This document shows positions 54,240 through 64,000 of a stretch of DNA of 64,000 nucleotides, one piece after another (position 1 is the stretch's first letter; each line of letters begins with the position of its first letter). The DNA comes from the human T2T-CHM13v2.0 reference genome, Homo sapiens. The DNA lies in assembly GCA_009914755.4 (NCBI GenBank), contig CP086569.2, positions 20,384,001-20,448,000 of the forward strand, written 5' to 3'. The translations under genes were made by a program, and so were the position numbers. The notes below the pieces were generated by a model that searched no databases, was not told the DNA's origin, and was given only the letters and a program-made list of their open reading frames with translations.

Positions 54240-54240
<1 letters not shown>
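52545..54240 (+). mobile_element. MaLR endogenous retrovirus-like element: LTR of MST/THE1 type (52545..52950) plus internal sequence (52950..54240)
   Basis: The LTR begins 'tgatatagtttgaatctgtgtgcctgcccaaatttcatgttgaattgtaatccccaatgttacaggtggtgcccc' and ends '...aattaaacctcttttctttataaattatacagtctctggtagttatttctagcaatgaaagaac'. The internal part matches remembered THE1-int: 'gggcattgctgtaaagatacttgaaaatgtggaagtgattttggaactgggtaatgggcag...gacttagggtgtctggcagaagaaatt'. Confidence 0.65.
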
Positions 54241-57460
<3,220 letters not shown>

Positions 57461-57746
57461 GAAAGTACAAACTTGTGGTGAAAGAAATTAAATAAGAGTC
57501 AAATAGATGGATATTCTATATTCAGGGAGAAGACCCAATAATGTTAAGATGTGAGTTTTTCTCAAGTTGATCTACAGATTAAATGCAATCCTGGTAAAAA
57601 TCTCAACAGTTATTTGCTGAATTGACAAAGTGATTCTCAAGTTTATATGGCAGGGCAAATGATACAGAATATCCTGTACAACAATAAAAAAGAATGAAGT
57701 CAGAAGGCTGACAATATCAGACTTCAAGGTTTACTATAAAGCTACC

Positions 57747-59007
57747 CTCCCCCTTCCCCTCCCCCTCCCCCTCTCCCTCTCCCTCTCCACGGTCTCCCCC
57801 TGATGCCGAGCGGAGGCTGGACTGTACTGCCGCCATCTCGGCTCACTGCAACCTCCCTGCCTGATTCTCCTGCCTCAGCCTGCCGAGTGCCTGGGATTGC
57901 AGGCATGCGCCGCCACGCCTGACTCGTTTTTGTATTTTTTGGTGGAGACGGGGTTTCGCCGTGTTGGCCGGGCTGGTCTGCAGCTCCTCACCGCGAGTGA
58001 TCTGCCTGCCTCCGCCTCCGGAGGTGCCGGGATTGCAGACGGAATCTCGCTCAGTCAGTGCTCAATGTTGCCCAGGCTGGAGTGCAGTGGCGTGATCTCG
58101 GCTCGCTACAACCCCCACCTCCCAGCCGCCTGCCTTGGCCTCCCAAAGTGCTGAGATTGTAGCCTCTGCCTGGCTGCCACCCCGTCTGGGAACTGAGGAG
58201 TGTCTCTGCCTGACCGCCACCCCGTCTGGGAGGTGAGGAGCATCTGCACGGCCGCCCCGTCTGAGAAGTGAGGAGTCCCTCTGCCCAGCAGCCGCCCCGT
58301 CTGGGAAGTGAGGAGCCCCTCCGCCCAGCAGCTGCCCCATCCGGGAGGGAGGTGGGGGGCAGCCCCCGCCCTGCCAGCTGCCCCCTCTGGGAGGGAGGTG
58401 GGGGGCAGCCCCCGCCAGGCCACTGCCCCGTCCGGGAAGTGAGGGGCCCGTGTGCCTGGTGGCCACCCCATCTGGGAGGTGTACCCAACAGCTCATCGAG
58501 AACGGGCCATGATGACGATGGCGATTTTGTCAAATAGAAAAGGGGGAAATGTGGAGAAAAGAAAGAGAGATCAGATTGTTACTGTGTCTGTGTAGCAAGA
58601 AGTAGACATGGGAGACTCCATTTTGTTCTGTACTAAGAAAAATTCTTCTGCCTTGGGATGCCATTAATCTATAACCTTACCCCCAACCCCCTGTTCTCTG
58701 AAACATGTGCTGTGTCCACTCAGGGTTAAATGGATTAAGGGCGGTGCAAGATGTGCTTTGTTAAACAGATGCTTGAAGGCAGCATGCTCTTTAAGAGTCA
58801 TCACCACTCCCTAATCTCAAGTACCCAGGGACACAAACCCTGCGAAGGCCACAGGGTCCTCTGCCTAGGAAAACCGGAGACCCTTGTTCACATATTTATC
58901 TGCTGACCTTCCCTCCACTATTGTCCTATGACCCTGCCAAATCCCCCTCTCTGAGAAACACCCAAGAATGATCAATGAATACTAAAAAAAAAAAAAAAAA
59001 AAAAAAA
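57747..59007 (+). mobile_element. SVA retrotransposon (complete: CCCTCT hexamer repeat, antisense Alu-like region, short VNTR, SINE-R, poly(A))
   Basis: The hexamer run is 'ccctcccccttcccctccccctccccctctccctctccctctcc'. The Alu-like region is CpG-rich. The VNTR units read 'ccaccccgtctgggaggtgaggagc...'. The SINE-R part reads 'ctcatcgagaacgggccatgatgacgatggcgattttgtcaaatagaaaagggggaaatgtggagaaaagaaagagagatcagattgttactgtgtctgtgtag...cccaagaatgatcaatgaatact' and is followed by A(24). Confidence 0.85.
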
Positions 59008-59147
59008 GAGAGTGACGAACTGGGATATCTGGTGGAAGAAATATCTAAGCAGCAAAGCATTCAGACTGCTGTGTGGCTGTTTTTAACTGCATGCAATCAG
59101 ATGTGAGAGGAAAGAAATAAAGATGGAATTTATAATTAAAAAAAAAT
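59008..59147 (+). other. SVA 3'-transduced flank (~140 bp, with its own AATAAA and a second poly(A)), bounded by the matching TSD
   Basis: After the first poly(A) comes 'gagagtgacgaactgggatatctggtggaagaaatatctaagcagcaaagcattcag...gaaagaaataaagatggaatttataattaaaaaaaaat'. The 10-bp TSD 'ataaagctac' is present at 57736..57745 and again at 59146..59155. The transduced piece contains a MaLR-int-like segment from the source locus. Confidence 0.55.
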
Positions 59148-59611
59148 AAAGCTACACTATTCAAGACCGTGTGACATTAGTAAAAGAATAAACAGATCAA
59201 AGAAACAAAATAGAATGTCAGACACGGACACATATAAATAAAGTCAACTTGTCTTTAAGAAACAAGCAAAGGCAATAGAAGTAATATAGAAAGAATAGTC
59301 TTTTTAACAAATGATCCTAGAACTCTACATCTACAGTAAAAAATAAATTTTTTTCACAAAAATTAACTCAGAATGAATTATATACCTAAATATAAAACAG
59401 AACCATAAAATTCTAGGATTTTTGAATCCTAGACTTTTAATGTAAGTTATGTATATAACAAAATTTTTATATATAAAAATACATGTAATATATATTTTTA
59501 CTTTATATATAAACATATAAGTTTTATAAATCAACTTGTACAGTACATAAAAGTTTAAGAAGATAACACAGGAGTAAATGTAAATTACCTTGGGTATGAC
59601 AATTGACTTTT

Positions 59612-59932
59612 TTTTTCTTTTTGGAGATGGAGTCTCATTCTGTCGCCAGGCTGGAGTGCAGTGGTGTGATCTCAGCTCACTGAAACGTCTGCCTCCTGGG
59701 TTCAAGCAATTCTCCTGGCTCAGTTCTCCAGTAGCTGGGACTTCCTATCTCAGCCTCCCGAGTAGCTGGGACTATAGGTGCGGACAACCACACGCAGCTA
59801 AGTTTTGTATTTTTAGTAGAGATAGGGTTTCACCATGTTGGCTATGAGGTCTCCATCTCTTGACATCGTGATCCACCCACTTTGGCCTCCCAAAGTGCTG
59901 GGATTACAGGAGTGAGCTACCATGCCTAGCCA
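59612..59932 (-). mobile_element. Alu (minus orientation, with a small internal duplication)
   Basis: 'tttttggagatggagtctcattctgtcgccaggctggagtgcagtggtgtgatctcagctcactgaaacgtctgcctcctgggttcaagcaattctcctggctcag...ggattacaggagtgagctaccatgcctagcc'. Confidence 0.85.
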
Positions 59933-60991
59933 ACAATTGACTTTTTAGATACAACACCTAAGACATGCTCCATTTAAAAATAATAATAAGTTGGACTTAG
60001 TTATGATTTAAAAACTTCCATTATGCACTGTTAACAGAATTTAAAGATAAAGTACATTCTGCAAAAAATATTTGCAAACACATGAGTGATAAAGGATTAG
60101 TATTTAAAACATACAAAGAACCCTTAAAACTTAACATAAGGAAACAAACAACCTTATTAAAAATAGCTAAAATCCTCACATGGAGCACCAAAAAAACAAC
60201 AACAGCAAAGTAAAAGAACTGAAGAACTGAAGAGACACCTCACCAAAAAAGATATACAGATTACAAATAAGCATATAAAATTACTTTATGTCATATGTCA
60301 TTAAGAAATTACAAATTTAAAAAATGAGATATAGCTACATATCTGTTGGAATGTAGATAAACAATGAAAATACCAAATGCCATTGAGGATGCTCCAAATG
60401 GAGCAACAGAAACATTCATTCATTTCTGGTGGGAATGCAAAATTATAAAGCCACTTGGGGAGAAAGCTGGGCAGTTTTTTATAAAACTAAATAGAATATC
60501 ACCATCTAATTCAACAAGTACATTTTTTGGTATATACCTAAAGAAGCTGAAAACTCATGTTTATATAAAATCCTGCATTCGAATACCTACTGCAGCTATA
60601 TTCATAATTGCCAAAACTTGGAAGCAACCAAGATGTTTTTCAATAGGTGAATTATTAATAAACTGTGGTCCACCCACACAATTGAATATTTTTTAGCAAT
60701 AAAAATAAATGAGCTACCAAGCCACGAAAAACATATTGCTAAGTGAACGAACCCAATCTTAAAAGGCTACATACTGTATGATTACAACTATATAACATTT
60801 TGGAAAAGACAAAACTATAGAGAAAGTAAAAGGATCAGAAGTTGCCATGTGAGGGAGGAAGGAATGAATAGTCAAGAGCACAGAGTATTTTTAGGCCAGC
60901 GAAAGTATTCTGTATAATATACTAATAATGAATACGTTTCGTTACACATGTGTGAACAAATGTAGAATGTATAATGCAAAGAGTGAATACT

Positions 60992-61286
60992 GGCTGGGTG
61001 CGGTGGCTTACGCGTCTAATCCCAGCAGTTTGGGAAGCCGAGGCAGGCAGATCACGAGGTCAGGAGATGGAAACCATCCTGGCTAACACAGTGAAACCCC
61101 GTCTCTACTAAATATACAAAAAATTAGCTGGGCATGGTGGTGGGCGCCAGTAGTCTACTTGGGAGGCTGAGACAGGAGAATGGCGTGAACCCAGGAGGCG
61201 GAGCTTCTGGGGAGCCAAGATCAGGCCACTGCACTCCAGCCTGGGTGACAGAGTGAGACTCCATCTCAGAAAAAAAAAAAAAAAAA
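60992..61286 (+). mobile_element. AluY with ~13-bp TSD (AAGAGTGAATNCT) and A(17) tail
   Basis: 'ggctgggtgcggtggcttacgcgtctaatcccagcagtttgggaagccgaggcaggcagatcacgaggtcaggagatggaaaccatcctggctaacacagtgaaaccccgtctc...gagaatggcgtgaacccaggaggcggagcttc...' carries the Y-type diagnostic positions. The flanks are 'gagtgaatact' and 'gagtgaatcct'. Confidence 0.9.
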
Positions 61287-62592
61287 GAGTGAATCCTTAT
61301 GTACATTATGGACTTGGGTTTATAGTAATGTATCAATATTGGTTCATCAGTTGGAAAAAATGTACTATACTAATTAATGCAAGATGACAAATATAAAAAC
61401 ATAGGGAGGGAAGATATGTGAGAACTTTCTATAATTTCAGGCTAATTTTTCTTTAAATGTGAAATTTCAAAAAATCTATTAACTTAAAAATAAATATTTT
61501 CATTTCTTATTCTTAATCTCCTTCCAGTTATAAAGTATCCAGAAATGTCCTGTTTGTATGATATCTGTTATCAAAAACTGGAGAAGAAAAGTGCTACAAA
61601 GAATCAGCAGAACTCCACTGGAGTTTCACCAGTTTGATATATTCAGGCTAATGCACATTACTATTGCACAACACAAGAGCCTTCCCTTGACCTGACTTCC
61701 AGTAAACAGTTTCCTTCCTCACACTTTGGAGAAAACGATATAGGGTGTTAATATATTCAGTAATATCATAAGGTGATGACAAACAAAAACCCAGAGGAGA
61801 TGGTCAATTTTTAGAAATTGTATCTGCTTCACTGGGCAGCAGCTGGAATCAAGGAGCTGTAAAGAACATCCCCTTCTTTGATTTGTGAAGTTGCCTAAAA
61901 TTGGCAAACTACACTGCCTGTACACATGGGGTCTTTACAAAGGGAGAAGGTGCTTAAGAAAGGCCTATATTAGGGAATCACTGCAGGCACCTGAGCAATT
62001 TTTAAGCCAACATCCAACATCCTTTACTTTTCAGCTCAAGTCATAAAGATATGAAAAAAAATAATAATAATTTATTTTTGACTTGGCTATTTTAAGTTGA
62101 AATTTTTATCTTTCTTATTTTATCATGTATTTAGAGAATTAAATTTTAATAGACCTTCTACTTTGTTCTTCATAGTTGCCTTGTAGAACTTGAGCCTCTT
62201 TTGACCTTATGACCAGTCCTCATCTTCTAATCCATCAGGTACAGGGCTCAGTTTCTGTGACTACTTTGCCTGGTGCTGTCTTTTCTCTCTGCAGCTCACC
62301 TCCTTTTGATCATAGCCAAGTATTCAGGTTGAAGATTAGACATTTTGACCATTCTGGCTGGCTCTCTCCCTGAATCTGAAACTATCAACAAAGAAGAAAC
62401 ACCGTTGGGGCTAATTAGGGTCCATCGTTAAAATATGCTGAACTTAAGCCCATAACTCCTCCCATCTTATGTTGTTATTCACAAATTAAGCATTTATTTG
62501 GGGTAATAAATCAATAGGTTTATGAGAAGTTTCACAGACAGCCAAAAAGGGAGAAAACCCCTCTCCAGAAATCTTCATTAAAAAGTTGAGTG

Positions 62593-62885
62593 AGGCCGGG
62601 TGTGGTGGCTCAGGCCTTTAATCCCAGCACTTTGGGAGGCCAACGTGGGCGGATCATGAGGTCAGGAGTTTGAGACCAGCCTGGCCAAAACAGTGAAACC
62701 CCATCTTTACTAAAAATACAAAAAAAAAATTAGCCAGACATGGTGGCACCGGTATTTTGGAGGCTGAGGCAGAAGAATCACTTGAATCCAGGAGATGGAG
62801 GTTGCAGTGAGTCAAAGTCGCACCACTGCACTCTAGTCTGAGCGACAGAACCAGACTCCATCTGAAAAAACAAACAAAAACAAAA
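62593..62885 (+). mobile_element. AluS
   Basis: 'ggccgggtgtggtggctcaggcctttaatcccagcactttgggaggccaacgtgggcggatcatgaggtcaggagtttgagaccagcctggccaaaacagtgaaacccc...'. Confidence 0.85.
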
Positions 62886-62949
62886 ACCTGAGTGAACAGA
62901 ACTGGGGTGTCTCTGGTGCACCCCTAATCTGGTGTCTTCACCTTTCCTA

Positions 62950-63725
62950 CCTTCTTGCTAGCTCTCAACTGCCTGACCCAGCCCATCTCACATCTTTTTG
63001 CCCACATCTGTGCTCCTGGGAGAGATCTTGACGAAGACAGCAAGTTCATCCCGCCCACACCCAGTGCTGGCCCGCAATTGGCTGAGCTTGCAGTAAGGAC
63101 GCTAGCCAGAGAAGCAAAGTTTATTTCAACTTAATGTATGATCTTCCCTGGATTTGTGAGCTACCCTAACTCAACATCCTCCCCTCAGTTTGTACTCGTC
63201 TACAGTAGGCTTTCATATTCAACTAAGGGTTAGAAAGCACTTTCTTTCCAGGTACATTAAAGCTGGGACCGGGAGTCTGGGCCAGTCCTATACGACGACT
63301 TTGGAAGACCTCGAAGGAAAGGATAGCCTAGGAATCATCTCGTTTGGACCTCCCTCGCCCTACCACGTGCATAGTCTCTATGGACTAATGCTCTCTATGT
63401 ATAGTAGGTTCCAGCGGAGTATAGGAGAGCTAAAAATAGAAAAATCCTTACTCGCTGGGACACAGGGAAGACATAGGAACGACTACGCTTTTTCTTTAAT
63501 ACCGAACCCAAGTCACTCTTGCACTTTATTGTCAGCACACATTCTGACTGTAAAAGCCTTTACTGCCGCCACGCGAGAGAGTTCGAAATATTGTTCAAAT
63601 ATTTCTGCACTTTAGACAAACCCATCTTATCAGTACAGAAGCTGGACTCTATACTCCATTCGGCCGAGGCTTGCAACCTGAATCAACGGCATCTCCACCT
63701 CTTTTGGAGATCCCATCCTTTTGTG
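62950..63725. promoter_or_regulatory. CpG-retaining, island-like unique region at the window edge (candidate promoter or 5' gene end extending beyond the window)
   Basis: About 24 CpGs in about 680 bp at GC around 47%, giving observed/expected of about 0.6 against about 0.2 in the surrounding bulk. It contains a CCAAT-box-like 'gcaattggctgag', an E-box 'ccacgtgc' and 'gccgccacgcgagag'. The adjacent Alu (63725..64000) also keeps unusually many CpGs, consistent with a germline-unmethylated domain. Confidence 0.4.
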
Positions 63726-64000
63726 GGGGAAGGGGTCTCGCTCTGTCGCCCAGGCTGGAGTGCAGTGGCGTGATCCGGGCTCGCTGAAACTTCTTCCTCC
63801 CGGGTTCAAGTAATTCTCCTGCCTCAGCCTCCCGAGTAAGTTGGACTTACAGGCACCCTCCACAACACACGACTAATTTTTCTATTTTTAGTAGAGAAGG
63901 AGTTTCACCGTATTGGCGAGGCTGGAACTCCTGACCTTGTGATCCACCCGCCCCCGCCTTCCAAAGTGCTGAGATTACAGCTGTGAGCCACCGACCCTGG
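63725..64000 (-). mobile_element. Alu (minus orientation), cut by the window end and unusually CpG-rich
   Basis: 'ggggtctcgctctgtcgcccaggctggagtgcagtggcgtgatccgggctcgctgaaacttcttcctcccgggttcaagtaattctcctgcctcagcctcccgagtaag...ccgcccccgccttccaaagtgctgagattacagctgtgagccaccgaccctgg'. Confidence 0.85.

Noticed and set aside
58051-58537. GC-rich ORFs of 121-160 aa on both strands (Pro/Gly/Arg-rich)
   Set aside because: They lie entirely within the SVA Alu-like and VNTR region. Repetitive GC-rich VNTR units give long stop-free frames by chance.
62950-63725. Possibility that the CpG-retaining unique segment is a recent mitochondrial insertion (NUMT) or an snRNA/7SK-like pseudogene
   Set aside because: It does not resemble the human mtDNA rRNA or tRNA regions, nor the 7SK or U snRNA sequences I can recall. 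CpG retention is better explained by an unmethylated island.

Overview
This window is hominoid (human-like) nuclear genomic DNA, not a prokaryotic or viral locus. An SVA element and many AluS/AluY copies fix the lineage. About half the window is interspersed repeats: nested old L1 fragments, two L1PA-type elements lying head-to-head, a MaLR LTR with internal sequence, a MER1-like hAT DNA transposon, a complete SVA with a 3' transduction, roughly 16 Alu copies and several microsatellites. The main non-repeat feature is a large minus-strand coding exon of about 2 kb (4842..6863). Its product is Ser/Pro/Thr-rich and I do not recognise it. The exon contains a 425-bp tandem duplication that shifts the reading frame. 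It probably has a short upstream ATG-containing exon (7175..7266). A CpG-island promoter region lies at about 25.1-25.8 kb, and a second CpG-retaining island-like region sits at the right edge, from about 63.0 kb. I found no CRISPR array, operon, or tRNA/rRNA. I see no evidence of a novel biological system. The points worth a second look are the frameshifting intragenic duplication whose shifted frame stays open, the SVA 3' transduction, a near-perfect hairpin in an old L1 3' UTR, and the two CpG islands. All coordinates are approximate to within a few bp, because I judged them by eye against remembered repeat consensus sequences.
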